Notes: generated from the letters alone by a model not told the origin. A stretch of 64,000 nucleotides of DNA from an uncultured Candidatus Saccharibacteria bacterium (GCA_964650255.1 CAZYQT010000003.1:14619-78618); one strand, 5' to 3'. Positions 1-9,950 are shown, counted from the stretch's first letter. Made by a program: numbers and translations.

Positions 1-582
1 TCCTTCACCATTAACACTGCTCCAGCCCAAGTAGCTACTCCGACCATTTCTCCAAATGGAGCAACCTTTACTACTTCTCAGACCGTTAGCCTTTCTACTT
101 CAACTGCAGGTGCTACCATCCGTTACACAACCGATGGTTCTACACCGAGTTCAACAGTAGGTACTGTATACAGCTCTGCCTTTACTTTAACTTCAAGTGC
201 CACTGTGAAAGCCATTGCTTACAAGTCTGGCTCCACAGACAGTGCTGTTGCTTCTGCTGCGTTTACGTATGCCGCTACATCAGATGCTCCCCCAAGAATC
301 ACATCTATTTGGTTAAGCGCAAAAACTCAAACCAGTGGTACCATTTCTTGGAAGACAAACAATGTTACGACTACAGGTACCATTGCATATGGAACCATTA
401 GAACCAACCTAAACCAAACAGTTCAAGAAACTAACCCGCCAAGCTGTAATTCAACCACCTGTACTCACACAGCGACTATTAGTGGGTTGACTCGTAACAC
501 AACTTACTACTACCGTATTACCTCAGTTGGTACTAACGGTACTTACACCACTAACCGCTACTCGTTCAAAACGAGTAGGTAG
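1..582 (+). CDS. 3' part of a large surface protein (chitobiase/Fn3-associated domain plus Fn3-like C-terminal domain), truncated by the window edge
   Basis: Frame 1 is open from base 1 (SFTINTAPAQVATPTISPNG...GATIRYTTDGSTP) into ORF 205..582; contains IRYTTDGSTP and H.A.ISGL..NTTYYYRI motifs. Confidence 0.75.
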   Translation, partial: SFTINTAPAQVATPTISPNGATFTTSQTVSLSTSTAGATIRYTTDGSTPSSTVGTVYSSAFTLTSSATVKAIAYKSGSTDSAVASAAFTYAATSDAPPRITSIWLSAKTQTSGTISWKTNNVTTTGTIAYGTIRTNLNQTVQETNPPSCNSTTCTHTATISGLTRNTTYYYRITSVGTNGTYTTNRYSFKTSR

Positions 583-617
583 GGTGTGGTATAATTCCTT
601 TATCAAGGAATTATGGA

Positions 618-1667
618 ATGCTTAAGAATTCAAAACAAAGCTTAATAAAATCTTCAGTTGTTATTGCTTGTTTAATGTTAGCTATTGGCGGTATCATTGC
701 ATACCGCCAATATGGTAAGGTGCAGCTTGTGTCTACTAAGGCTTCCTACGCTAACACTTTGAACTGGGAAGTCTTAGAGCCAGAGAGTACTGTCTCTGCT
801 AAAATTTATCGAACTACCACGGACTTTTTAGAAGACCCGGATGACCAGTATTTAGTAGCAACAGTTGCATATCCAACCACAACTTTTACCGACACTCATG
901 TTTCAAACGGAGTAACCTATTATTACTCTGTATTTTTAGTTGATGAAACCGGCGCAACATTTGACCCGTCATATTTCGCCATGGCGCCAGTTGATGTGGC
1001 TGGTGGAGATGATGGCGGCGGCGGAGGAGGAGGCGGAGGCGGTGGATCTTCTGGCGGTTCAGGCGGAGGAAGCGGGGGGGGGTCACCAAATATTCCACCA
1101 CCAACGCCAACAAGCGGTACTCGTTTAATTAATTCTAACGGCACATACTATTTTATTAGCGGTGGTTTCCGCAGGGGGATTACTTCTCCAGGAATTATGT
1201 ATGCTTGTGGTTTTGAATTTAAAGATGCCAAAGCTGCAACAGCGAGTGATCTTGCTGTGCCAACCAGCCTGCTACTTCCATGTGATGGTAGCTTAGTAAA
1301 GTCACGTGAAGACCAAACGGTTTACTTAATTTCTTCCAACAAGCGTTATGCCTTTACATCGGCTTCTGTATTTACAGGTTTGGGCTTTAAATTTTCATCA
1401 GTGTTAATTGTCACAAATCCTGAGCTACAAGCCTTAGCCAAAGCGAACGATTTGAATGATTCTAAAGCTACGCATTTGCCAGGAACTGACATAAACATGA
1501 GCGGTACAGTTTATTGGATTGATGGTAACATGCAAAAGCATGCGTACCCATCGTTAGAGGTTTATAACACATGGCACAGAGACGGGGACTTCACAACAGT
1601 TGTTCCTGCGAACGCCAATGATTCTAATTTAACAACTGGTAGTAACGTTAGCGCGCGAGCATTTTAA
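618..1667 (+). CDS. Membrane-anchored surface protein: Fn3-like domain, Gly/Ser linker, three C-terminal beta repeats
   Basis: N-terminal TM segment; FTDT.V.NGVTYYYSVF; poly-Gly linker; repeated G.LI...GT.Y.I..G.KR units. Confidence 0.7.
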   Translation: MLKNSKQSLIKSSVVIACLMLAIGGIIAYRQYGKVQLVSTKASYANTLNWEVLEPESTVSAKIYRTTTDFLEDPDDQYLVATVAYPTTTFTDTHVSNGVTYYYSVFLVDETGATFDPSYFAMAPVDVAGGDDGGGGGGGGGGGSSGGSGGGSGGGSPNIPPPTPTSGTRLINSNGTYYFISGGFRRGITSPGIMYACGFEFKDAKAATASDLAVPTSLLLPCDGSLVKSREDQTVYLISSNKRYAFTSASVFTGLGFKFSSVLIVTNPELQALAKANDLNDSKATHLPGTDINMSGTVYWIDGNMQKHAYPSLEVYNTWHRDGDFTTVVPANANDSNLTTGSNVSARAF

Positions 1668-1690
1668 ATAGATAATCATACTATTAGATG

Positions 1691-1718
1691 AAAAACTGCC
1701 TTAAATAAGGCAGTTTTT
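1691..1718 (+). terminator. Intrinsic terminator
   Basis: AAAAACTGCCTTA-AA-TAAGGCAGTTTTT. Confidence 0.8.
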
Positions 1719-1742
1719 AAGTACAATAGTGCGGAATTGCTA

Positions 1743-1771
1743 TTGACAAATCCATAGCTTTATGATATAAT
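1743..1771 (+). promoter_or_regulatory. Consensus sigma70 promoter
   Basis: TTGACA-17 bp-TATAAT with extended -10 TG. Confidence 0.85.
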
Positions 1772-1798
1772 TTGCAGTTAATAATTAACCAATAAATT

Positions 1799-2860
1799 AT
1801 GTCATTAACATCACTTAAGCGGGTAATTAGTTTATTCGTTGTAGCAGTAGTCATTGCGACCAGTCTTAGCACTCCTGCCTTGGCTAGCGCAGCTACTCAG
1901 GTTCAACCACCAAAGCTGGCTTTGGTATCAGCTCGAGACAATATCACTGGCAGTTTTACTACCAGCCAGTCTGTGTACGCTACTCAATCGTACATTTACT
2001 TGGCTTCTAGCCAGGGAACATTGTTTGTTTTAAAACGAAGCAAGTCAGAAAATTTTCCGTTGGTAGAACAAGTAAATATTGGCTCACCACTAACTTCAGT
2101 TCGTGGCTATGGTAGCAAACTATTCGTTGCATCGATGGATGGTTACTTGCGCCAATACTCAACTACTAACCCATTAACATTAGTTCGCTCAGTGCAAGTT
2201 TCTAGCTATGGTCTAAGCGCTATTGCTATTACTAACAATACTGTTTACGTAGCTAAAGGCCAGACTTCGTTAGCTGTTGATTCCAGCAATCTTTATTTAT
2301 CACAATTAAATGAAGGTGAAGTTGCTGTGGCTCTTAATAACAACCTTGAAGTCACAAAAACTTTTGGTACTACTTTTGAGCCAGGGCTTACTGTAGCTTA
2401 CAGTCGTAGTACTGGTGCTCGGATTGGTGCAGTTGCAAATCCAATTACAGTACTTAATGAGACAGGGTTTCCTTCATTATTCTCATTCAGCGGTAATTTG
2501 TTCCAAACAGTTCCGGGGTGTTGCGGTGATGGAGTATCGGTTACTCCAACCAGGACTTTGACTGATACTCGCGTAGTCTCTCAACCTTATGCCAATGCGG
2601 TAAGTGTAAATTCAAAAGGATTGGTAATTGGTGATGAACTCGGTAAGGTTAGTCTGTATAAGCTTAGTAATAGCTCTGCTACAAAACTAAAGACTGTAGA
2701 CTTGCGCCAGTTAACCAATAATACTGGTAGCGAAGATATTGAAATTCGCTCGGTATGGTCAGATGGTTATGACAACTTAGTATTTGCTGCTTCAAGTTGG
2801 GGTAATACTACAACTCAAAATGCAAGCTTGCCTTCAGTATTTATTTTGGAAGCTAACTAA
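1799..2860 (+). CDS. Secreted beta-propeller-like protein
   Basis: Signal peptide (..TPALA), repeated beta-blade pattern. Confidence 0.6.
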   Translation: MSLTSLKRVISLFVVAVVIATSLSTPALASAATQVQPPKLALVSARDNITGSFTTSQSVYATQSYIYLASSQGTLFVLKRSKSENFPLVEQVNIGSPLTSVRGYGSKLFVASMDGYLRQYSTTNPLTLVRSVQVSSYGLSAIAITNNTVYVAKGQTSLAVDSSNLYLSQLNEGEVAVALNNNLEVTKTFGTTFEPGLTVAYSRSTGARIGAVANPITVLNETGFPSLFSFSGNLFQTVPGCCGDGVSVTPTRTLTDTRVVSQPYANAVSVNSKGLVIGDELGKVSLYKLSNSSATKLKTVDLRQLTNNTGSEDIEIRSVWSDGYDNLVFAASSWGNTTTQNASLPSVFILEAN

Positions 2861-2887
2861 TTGGAAATTAGCTAAAGCGAAACATTT

Positions 2888-2918
2888 AAAAAACACCTCC
2901 CATTGCGGAGGTGTTTTT
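2888..2918. terminator. Bidirectional terminator between convergent genes
   Basis: AAAAACACCTCC-CATTGC-GGAGGTGTTTTT. Confidence 0.8.
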
Positions 2919-2920
2919 GG

Positions 2921-3226
2921 TTATAGTGCTAAGTTGATGATTATCAGGATTACCAGGGCCAGGAACAGCCAGCCTAGAGTGTATAGAAAGAGCTGGACTG
3001 CTTCAGTTTTTTTATCACCAAGATACATTAGAATCGGTCTACCCAACACCAAACCGCCAGTAATAGCTGCAGATAGTACAAACAAGGTCAGAAAAGTCAT
3101 TGGTGCCAATATCATGTGATCTTGTTCAATTAGTTGGCCTAAATTGGTCATAATTGTCACGACAATTGCCACGTAAGCAATTACACCAAGGGTGTTAATC
3201 AGGCTGTGCTTAATGAGTTTATTCAT
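2921..3226 (-). CDS. Small multi-TM membrane protein (start moved to MNKLIKH)
   Basis: Three hydrophobic helices; LFVLSAAITGGLVLGRP. Confidence 0.65.
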   Translation of the reverse strand: MNKLIKHSLINTLGVIAYVAIVVTIMTNLGQLIEQDHMILAPMTFLTLFVLSAAITGGLVLGRPILMYLGDKKTEAVQLFLYTLGWLFLALVILIIINLAL

Positions 3227-3292
3227 ATTAATAAGATTAATTACTTTTACTATAACAAATACGTTCAATAGCTCCAATGGTCACGTTGTAGT

Positions 3293-4060
3293 TTAGCTTA
3301 GTAAAGTTAAGGCTCCATAAAATCCAGCTTTGTCTCCAAGAGTAGAAATTTTGACAGGAATATTATAAGACCGTCCTTTGGTTAATTTTTCAAGCTCTTG
3401 TTTAATTTCATCAGCCTGCCAATTTGCCCCTTGGACAACCCCGCCGTTCAAAATAACTAATTCAGTTGGCCAATGCAAAATTGTATTGTACAAACCTATT
3501 GCAAAATATTTTTTAAAATCTGGCTCGTGAATATAGCTCTCTAAATGTCCGGGTTGATTGTGGGCAGGACAAAGTGGTCCGGTTGGATCGATAACCTGAT
3601 GCCCAATCCCAAAACTGTAGCTACCATCTACTAAGTTCTTGTTTGCTATCCAAGCACCACCAATACCAGTACCAATTGCAATATACACAAAATTTTCTAA
3701 TTCTTGCCCTTCCCCAAAATTGCTTTCTCCGAGTGCGCCCACAGCGCAGTCATTTTCCACCTTCACTGGGCAGTTAAACATTTCTGATAAAGTTTTGATT
3801 AATGGTTTATCTGACCAGTCTTGTAAATTGGCAGCGTGAACTATAATAGATTTATCTTTATTTAGTCTTCCTGCCACCCCGCCGGCAACCCCATTAATTT
3901 TTTGGCCAGCTGCTAGTTTAACCGCCTCTGTTTTTAGTAATTCAATGGCAGCATCAAATTTTTGCGGTGTTGGGAACGTAACGGTTTGCGCTAGAGTCTT
4001 ACCATCTCCAGAACTGGCCAGACGTAGATTGGTAGCACCGATATCAAAAAGTATGTACAT
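3293..4060 (-). CDS. ROK-family sugar kinase
   Basis: FDIGATN, VENDCAVGALGE, IGTGIGG, GHLE motifs. Confidence 0.9.
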   Translation of the reverse strand: MYILFDIGATNLRLASSGDGKTLAQTVTFPTPQKFDAAIELLKTEAVKLAAGQKINGVAGGVAGRLNKDKSIIVHAANLQDWSDKPLIKTLSEMFNCPVKVENDCAVGALGESNFGEGQELENFVYIAIGTGIGGAWIANKNLVDGSYSFGIGHQVIDPTGPLCPAHNQPGHLESYIHEPDFKKYFAIGLYNTILHWPTELVILNGGVVQGANWQADEIKQELEKLTKGRSYNIPVKISTLGDKAGFYGALTLLS

Positions 4061-4063
4061 AGT

Positions 4064-5095
4064 TTATTGCTTGAATAATTTTTTGGCCGCGTTGACCATG
4101 GAATCGTCGTCATGGTTTTTTTGCATCCAGTACCACCATTCTACACCCCAAAGATAGTTTTCGGAAAATCCAACTTTGGTGGCGTAATCAATGTTGTCTT
4201 GAAGGATTTTAGGATTCATGTGCAAGACTTGCTCATCGTGTGAGGTGTATGCAGGGTTGGAAATTTTTAGCCAAGGTTCAGCTTGCAGCTCAACCCCGAT
4301 AACTTTATTAGCCCCTGTAAGCAACCTTACTGCGCCAGCCTTTATATTATAAGTCCACCACGGTAAAGGATATGTCACATATTTGCCCTGTTTTTCGTAG
4401 TAAGCTTCTCGGTACATGGTTGCACCTAGGATGTTGGCTCCGCTTCGCGCTACGCCTATCCAGGCGCCTTTCTCGCCACTGTCAGTGGCAATCGTTGGCC
4501 TGCTATCTAGTTTTTTTACAGATTTCAGCTCCTTTTCGTACAATTCGCTTGGAGTTTGTGCACAGTCCGGTCCATATTGAAAATACGGCTCATTCTCTAT
4601 TTGCCAAGCTGCTATCGAAGTGTGGCTCTTGAAATGGGCAACTGCGATATCAACCATGTGAAGTTGGGCTTCATTTTGTTGTTCGGTCGTTAATCCATTG
4701 TACCATTCTGGTTGATGACATTCTGGCCAACGTGGCTGTTTTTTGCCTAGACCGAGAATGATCTGAATGTTTTGTTTGTCTGCTTGCCCTAGTAAAGCAT
4801 CGTAAGTTGTAAAGTCAAAATGCCCCTGCTGCGGTTCAAGCTCAGACCAATAAACTGGAAGGCGAATTTTTTGAGGACGCAAGTCAGTTAGAATTTTTTC
4901 AAACAGTTGTTGTGGATTAAAACCAAGTTCAGTAGCACGAATGGTAGAAAAGGTAATTCCCCAAGCAATGCCTTTTTGCGGTCGTCCTATAAAAAACAAA
5001 ACAACGCAAACAAAAATTATTGCTGCCAGTATGCCCGCAAAGATCTTGGCAACTTTTTTTAGTAAAGTTTTTTTGATCGGAAAGCTTTTGAACAT
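4064..5095 (-). CDS. Membrane-anchored clan GH-A glycoside hydrolase (GH5/GH42-like)
   Basis: N-terminal TM; RLPVYWSELEP, WQIENEP (acid/base), ELQAEPW (nucleophile). Confidence 0.75.
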   Translation of the reverse strand: MFKSFPIKKTLLKKVAKIFAGILAAIIFVCVVLFFIGRPQKGIAWGITFSTIRATELGFNPQQLFEKILTDLRPQKIRLPVYWSELEPQQGHFDFTTYDALLGQADKQNIQIILGLGKKQPRWPECHQPEWYNGLTTEQQNEAQLHMVDIAVAHFKSHTSIAAWQIENEPYFQYGPDCAQTPSELYEKELKSVKKLDSRPTIATDSGEKGAWIGVARSGANILGATMYREAYYEKQGKYVTYPLPWWTYNIKAGAVRLLTGANKVIGVELQAEPWLKISNPAYTSHDEQVLHMNPKILQDNIDYATKVGFSENYLWGVEWWYWMQKNHDDDSMVNAAKKLFKQ

Positions 5096-5096
5096 A

Positions 5097-5993
5097 CTAA
5101 GACATAGTTAAAAACACTAAGCCAGTACAAATTAAAATTATAGCAAGGATTTTTTGCGCTAAAATTGACCGGGTAATTTTTTCTTTGAGAATTTGCGGGT
5201 AGTATTTGGACAGGAAAATTGTTCCAACGAGTAGTAAAGCATATTGGGTCCCTTGCATGGCGTTAACAATGGTAACACTGCCCATTGATATAGCTGCGTT
5301 TTGGAGAAAACCACTTAGCATGCCAGTAACCCGCGCGCCTAAGTACAAAGCCTTGTTACCAGTTGAGGCCTGCTTTGGAGCATTAAACACAGCTGTGCGA
5401 ACAGAGCGTGGAATTAGGAAACAGAGAGATGTAAAAAAGAAACCAAATCTTGTCCAAATTAACCCTGACCACAAATTCGACTCTTGGGTGATGTATTTGA
5501 ACAAAACGAAGTGCAGGGCAAATAGCACGGCGGCAATAATTGCATTACCAAGTGCCTTTGCGTGCCAGCCAGTTTTATCTTCTCTAAGGGATACAATCAC
5601 TGCCCCTACAACTAGGAAGGCAAACGCTATCAGCTGAGTAGGCAGCAGACGCTCGCCTAAAATCACGTATGCAAATACTAAAGTAAATACTGGAACCAAA
5701 CCACCTTCAATGGGCAAGATGCGAGAAATGCTTGTGGCTTGCGTAGCTTTGTACATATAGTACAAAGCCAGTACAAAAGCTGCTCCGCTAACAAGGGCGA
5801 TTAGTATGTTTTGAGCTGATAGCAGCTGTAATCCAAATGGGGCCAGGATCAAAGTAAAAGGCGCGGTAATTCCAATATAGAAAGCGTATACTGCAGGGGA
5901 GCGCACTGCCTTGCTTAATAGGAACTTATCAATAACTCCATTAATTGCGTAAAGCGAGTAGGCAGCAATCGCAATGATGATGTAAAATGGCAT
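5097..5993 (-). CDS. EamA/DMT family transporter
   Basis: About 10 TM in two repeats; LVFAYVILGERL. Confidence 0.85.
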   Translation of the reverse strand: MPFYIIIAIAAYSLYAINGVIDKFLLSKAVRSPAVYAFYIGITAPFTLILAPFGLQLLSAQNILIALVSGAAFVLALYYMYKATQATSISRILPIEGGLVPVFTLVFAYVILGERLLPTQLIAFAFLVVGAVIVSLREDKTGWHAKALGNAIIAAVLFALHFVLFKYITQESNLWSGLIWTRFGFFFTSLCFLIPRSVRTAVFNAPKQASTGNKALYLGARVTGMLSGFLQNAAISMGSVTIVNAMQGTQYALLLVGTIFLSKYYPQILKEKITRSILAQKILAIILICTGLVFLTMS

Positions 5994-6000
5994 ACTTAGT

Positions 6001-7188
6001 TTAAGATCTTAATTGTTTGAAAACATCTGCGCTGGGTCGAACAGTTCGTTTTTGGGTTTCAAAGTTAACTTCAATTAGACCAAATTTTGGGCCAAACCCA
6101 TCGTGCCATTCGTGAGTGTCGGTGAGTGACCAATAGAAGTAACCGCGCACATCAGCCCCATCTTCTATAGCACGGTTTGTCCAGTAAAGATGTTCGCGAA
6201 TAAAATCTTGGCGCATGTCGTCGCGGGCATTGGCAATACCGTTCTCTGTAATGTACAAAGGCTTGTTGTATTTTTTTGATAGGTCCATCAGTAAATGATA
6301 AATTCCTTCTGGAAAAGTGCGCCAGCCCATATCGGATTTTGGACCATCAAGATTTTTTTGAACAATACCACCCCGCAAGGTCACAGTAAGTGAATGGTAA
6401 AAATAATAATTTAAACCAATAAAGTCTATCTCGTTTTTGATTTTGTTAAGAAACCAGTAATTGCCAAACCAATTATTTAGAGCCACTGCAGTTTTGTCTA
6501 AAAAGTTGTTGCGGAAAGGTTCGTTGTAAACATTATTTTTAGCAATGCTAATTTGTGCTTCAGGTATAACAGCCCTAATAGCATGGTAAGCACCTTTATG
6601 GGCAGCGGCCAAACCTCTGAACAGAAAAAAAGCACGACTAAGGCTTTTGGAAAATGGCGGCCAAAATCCTCGAATCGAACTCATGTAGGTAAAAACTTCT
6701 GGTTCGTTTATTGTGTTCCACAAATCAATTTCTGTTCCTAGCTGCTCAGCAATATATTGGGCGTATCGAATGAAAGCCGCGACGTTGTCTTTGTTGGTAA
6801 AGCCGCCACGTTCAGCTGCCCATTGCGGCAAAGTAAAATGATGCAAAGTTACCATCCTGGTTAAGCCTTGCTTCTTCATAGTTTGAAGAACTTTTCGGTA
6901 ATGCTCAATGGCGTCGGTATCCCACTTGTTTGGCTGTGGTTCAATCCGGGCCCATTCAATTGAGATCCGCATAGCCTCGAGGCCGATAGATTTGGCCAAG
7001 CTAAAATCTTCGTCGAATCTATTATAATGATCAGCTGCATCTCCGGACTTTGGCAGCTTACCAAGTCGTTCCTCGTGCCACCAGTCGCTATTGGTATTAT
7101 TGCCTTCAACCTGATGCGCGCTTGAAGCCGCCCCAAGTAGGAAATTAGTAGGTAATTTGAATGGTTTTTGTTTCTGGTCAATATTCAT
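6001..7188 (-). CDS. GH1 beta-glucosidase (start moved to MNIDQKQK)
   Basis: FLLGAASSAHQVEG, TINEP, YITENG, YFYWSL motifs. Confidence 0.92.
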   Translation of the reverse strand: MNIDQKQKPFKLPTNFLLGAASSAHQVEGNNTNSDWWHEERLGKLPKSGDAADHYNRFDEDFSLAKSIGLEAMRISIEWARIEPQPNKWDTDAIEHYRKVLQTMKKQGLTRMVTLHHFTLPQWAAERGGFTNKDNVAAFIRYAQYIAEQLGTEIDLWNTINEPEVFTYMSSIRGFWPPFSKSLSRAFFLFRGLAAAHKGAYHAIRAVIPEAQISIAKNNVYNEPFRNNFLDKTAVALNNWFGNYWFLNKIKNEIDFIGLNYYFYHSLTVTLRGGIVQKNLDGPKSDMGWRTFPEGIYHLLMDLSKKYNKPLYITENGIANARDDMRQDFIREHLYWTNRAIEDGADVRGYFYWSLTDTHEWHDGFGPKFGLIEVNFETQKRTVRPSADVFKQLRS

Positions 7189-7279
7189 TTCTACCCTAAT
7201 TGTACTATATTTACTTGATAACAAAAAACCGCCTTGGGCGGTTTTGTGGTCGCTCTGCTGGTAGGTATTTCTTCGGTAG

Positions 7280-7696
7280 TTATTTAGGATAATCGGCAGA
7301 ATTAAAAACATTAATCCCAGGTTTGAATTTCGATGTTGCTGGGAACTTATCACCCAGGCAGTATTCAAGTTTAAATTCACCGTTAGGTAATAAAGTGTAC
7401 TTGTATTGCAGTTGTTCCTTAGTGCAATATTTAGTCTTATTGTTCGGATAGACCGGCATTGCCGCCAAATAGGTTGGAATCAATTGCTCCAAATTATTTG
7501 GGTATACTTTATTCTCATCTTTGTACAATTCTAAAGCTGATGCGATAGCGCGTGCATTAGCAATTCTTTTACTATCCGGGCTGCGTTGTCCTTCTCCAAA
7601 GAATATGCCAACCACGAGAAAGAAAATTACAAAAATGCCTCCAACAACTGCAATTGTGGTAAGTAAAGTGATCACTATGAACCTTAGTGCTTTCAT
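7280..7696 (-). CDS. GspG/pilin-like membrane protein
   Basis: N-terminal TM, then DSKRIANARAIASALELYKDENKVYP; Cys pair. Confidence 0.65.
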   Translation of the reverse strand: MKALRFIVITLLTTIAVVGGIFVIFFLVVGIFFGEGQRSPDSKRIANARAIASALELYKDENKVYPNNLEQLIPTYLAAMPVYPNNKTKYCTKEQLQYKYTLLPNGEFKLEYCLGDKFPATSKFKPGINVFNSADYPK

Positions 7697-7716
7697 AATA
7701 GAATTGAGCTGGAAAA

Positions 7717-8109
7717 TTATTCGCTAGTTACACCATCAAAATGTTCTTCGTCGCCTTCTGCCTCTTGCTTGGTTGCATGGGTAATGCCGTCTTTGTGGTT
7801 TGGAGGAGAGTAAACAGTATAAAGTTTCATGGTCTCTTGGGAAGTGTTAATGATATTATGCTCAACCCCAGCAGGAACTATTACAGCGAAACCATCAGCA
7901 ATATCATTTTCAACGCCGTTTAAAATTGTCTTGCCAGAAGCAGATTCAATTCTGATGAATTGATCTAAGTCATGGGTTTCGCTGCCAATATCTTCCCCAG
8001 GCTTAAGACTCATCACTACTAGTTGACTATTTTTTGCAGTATACAAAACTTTGCGAAAATTTTCATTTTCTAAAGAAGCTTTTTCAATATTTATTACGTA
8101 GCCGTTCAT
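7717..8109 (-). CDS. Cupin domain protein
   Basis: QLVVMSL.PGEDIGSETH..DQF, VPAGVEHNIIN, LYTVYSPP.H. Confidence 0.9.
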   Translation of the reverse strand: MNGYVINIEKASLENENFRKVLYTAKNSQLVVMSLKPGEDIGSETHDLDQFIRIESASGKTILNGVENDIADGFAVIVPAGVEHNIINTSQETMKLYTVYSPPNHKDGITHATKQEAEGDEEHFDGVTSE

Positions 8110-8119
8110 AGGTATAAAA

Positions 8120-8284
8120 TTAATGAATCATTGAGCTAATTGTGATGCCCAAGTAATACGGCCAAATAATGAGAGCAAGCACACCTTTCCCAAAACTAAG
8201 GTGAACAAACCCAATTGTAAACAACCAACCAATAAACCAGATGGCTCCTGGAAAAGTGTGGTTTTCAATTTTAATTTTTTCCAT
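8120..8284 (-). CDS. 54-aa two-TM protein missing from the ORF track
   Basis: MEKIKIENHTFPGAIWFIGWLFTIGFVHLSFGKGVLALIIWPYYLGITISSMIH; fills the gap in a co-oriented operon; AAGGA upstream. Confidence 0.75.
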   Translation of the reverse strand: MEKIKIENHTFPGAIWFIGWLFTIGFVHLSFGKGVLALIIWPYYLGITISSMIH

Positions 8285-8298
8285 ATAATTCCTTTAGA

Positions 8299-8583
8299 TT
8301 AATTATTATTTTCAGGCTGGGTATCTGTCGCACCCCTTTTTATAACTATGATGCTGCATTCGCTAATTAGCGCAGCTAACGCACCAACTGCAGCCAAAAC
8401 CGGGGCTAGTACGGTACCAACCACAGCGATTGTTAATGGGATTTCCATTATCACATCACCTTTTTCATTTTTAAGAATTATTCGTCGAGCGTTGCCAGCC
8501 TTAATAATTTCTTTGATTTTTTGAACTAAACCATCGCCGGAAACTTTAAATTCTTCCTGGTGACTTGTATCTTGCTCATTCAT
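8299..8583 (-). CDS. DUF4342 family protein
   Basis: EEFKVSG..LV.KIKEIIK.GNARRIILK; APVLAAVGALAAL. Confidence 0.85.
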   Translation of the reverse strand: MNEQDTSHQEEFKVSGDGLVQKIKEIIKAGNARRIILKNEKGDVIMEIPLTIAVVGTVLAPVLAAVGALAALISECSIIVIKRGATDTQPENNN

Positions 8584-8591
8584 TTTTTTGG

Positions 8592-9008
8592 TTACTTAAT
8601 GATATTATTGTATGCATCATCTTTAAGCATCAGGCCTCGCAAAGTTTTGACACTAAAATAGATGGCAATTAGGAATAGAAGACCAAGGCCAATGTTCGTT
8701 AAGAAAAACTTTTCTGCTTGATCAGTATTGAAATGCTGTTGGTAGGTCCAAACAGCTGCTGACTCAAAGATTAAAAATCCGACAGTGGAGATGGTGGCAT
8801 TTATCCCAGCGTCCCAAGTTTGTTTGGGGTTTGTGAATCCTGCAGCAAAGCCTAATAGTAGAATGGCAGCAACTGAAACAGTCACAGGTACATTTAGCAG
8901 GTCTTTGAAGGTAGGGAGTGTCAGCAACATAATTATAGCAGCAATCATGAATAACCACCTGACTGTGTTTCCATAGTAGTGAGGGAATTTCATTATTGAT
9001 GGGTTCAT
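8592..9008 (-). CDS. Four-TM hypothetical protein
   Basis: Four hydrophobic helices; SD-like GAGGGGG upstream. Confidence 0.7.
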   Translation of the reverse strand: MNPSIMKFPHYYGNTVRWLFMIAAIIMLLTLPTFKDLLNVPVTVSVAAILLLGFAAGFTNPKQTWDAGINATISTVGFLIFESAAVWTYQQHFNTDQAEKFFLTNIGLGLLFLIAIYFSVKTLRGLMLKDDAYNNIIK

Positions 9009-9172
9009 ATTATTTCACCCCCTCTAAGCGCAATTAGGCTATTTTATCGACCTTTACCCTCCATCTTTATCAAAGACCCATTAGAGCACAATGTCAATAC
9101 CATTTAAAAAGGAGGGTCTTGACTTTTTTAAAAAACATCTGTCTAAAACAGATGTTTTTGCGTTATATAGAC

Positions 9173-9940
9173 TTAGGTAATTTTGCGGTACCGATATACA
9201 GCTAGGGGAACGAAGACAATTATAATTCCAAAAATCCAAGCCAGGGCCCACCACAGGTCGTGACCAACAGGCATCCCTAGGGAAAGCGCTCTTACTACAT
9301 TCACTGTGTAGCTCACTGGGTTGTGTACTGCAAAGGCATGCACGTATTTGTTGCTCAGGCTCTGCACTGGAACAAAAATTGAACTTGCAAAAGCTAGGGG
9401 AAACACCCAAATGAATCCAGCGGTTTGAGCAATCTCCACATTTTTTACTGCCAGACCAATAGTTGCAGAAATCCATGAAAAGGCAAACCCAAATAATATA
9501 GTTAGACCCATGGCCATGGCAAAATTAAGTATGCCGTGATCGATTCGAAAGCCAATTGCGAGGCCCACTAAGGTGATTAAAATAACTACAAACACGTTAC
9601 GAATACTTTCCGTAATAGTTCGGCCGGCTAGTACAGCGCTGCGTGCCATTGGTAAGCTTCGGAAACGATCAATCATTCCTTTGGAAAGGTCATCAGCCAA
9701 GCCAACGCCAGTTAGCATGGCACCAAACAAAACAGTTTGCACAATAATTCCTGGGATTAAGTAGTTCACATAAGAAACGCCCGGGGTGTTAATTGCGCCG
9801 CCAAATACATACACGAAAAGCAGCACAAACATTACCGGTTGAATACTAGAAAAAACAATTAACTGTGGCAAGCGTCGGTAACGCAATAAGTTGCGCTTGC
9901 TCATCACAATAATGTCAGAAATAGTTTGAGATAAAGTCAT
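9173..9940 (-). CDS. ABC-2 exporter permease (DrrB-like)
   Basis: QPVMFVLLF.YVFGGAI, GMIDRFRSLPMARSAVL.GR. Confidence 0.9.
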   Translation of the reverse strand: MTLSQTISDIIVMSKRNLLRYRRLPQLIVFSSIQPVMFVLLFVYVFGGAINTPGVSYVNYLIPGIIVQTVLFGAMLTGVGLADDLSKGMIDRFRSLPMARSAVLAGRTITESIRNVFVVILITLVGLAIGFRIDHGILNFAMAMGLTILFGFAFSWISATIGLAVKNVEIAQTAGFIWVFPLAFASSIFVPVQSLSNKYVHAFAVHNPVSYTVNVVRALSLGMPVGHDLWWALAWIFGIIIVFVPLAVYRYRKIT

Positions 9941-9950
9941 ATAGTAATTT

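Noticed and set aside
7218-7279. Additional cassette junction before the GH1 gene
   Set aside because: It shares the ATAACAAAAAACCGCC hairpin but has neither TGGGGT nor the IVEDV element, so it is treated as the generic terminator family.
7189-7380. N-terminal extension of the GH1 ORF
   Set aside because: Overlaps the pilin-like gene and a terminator; GH1 similarity starts after 7188.
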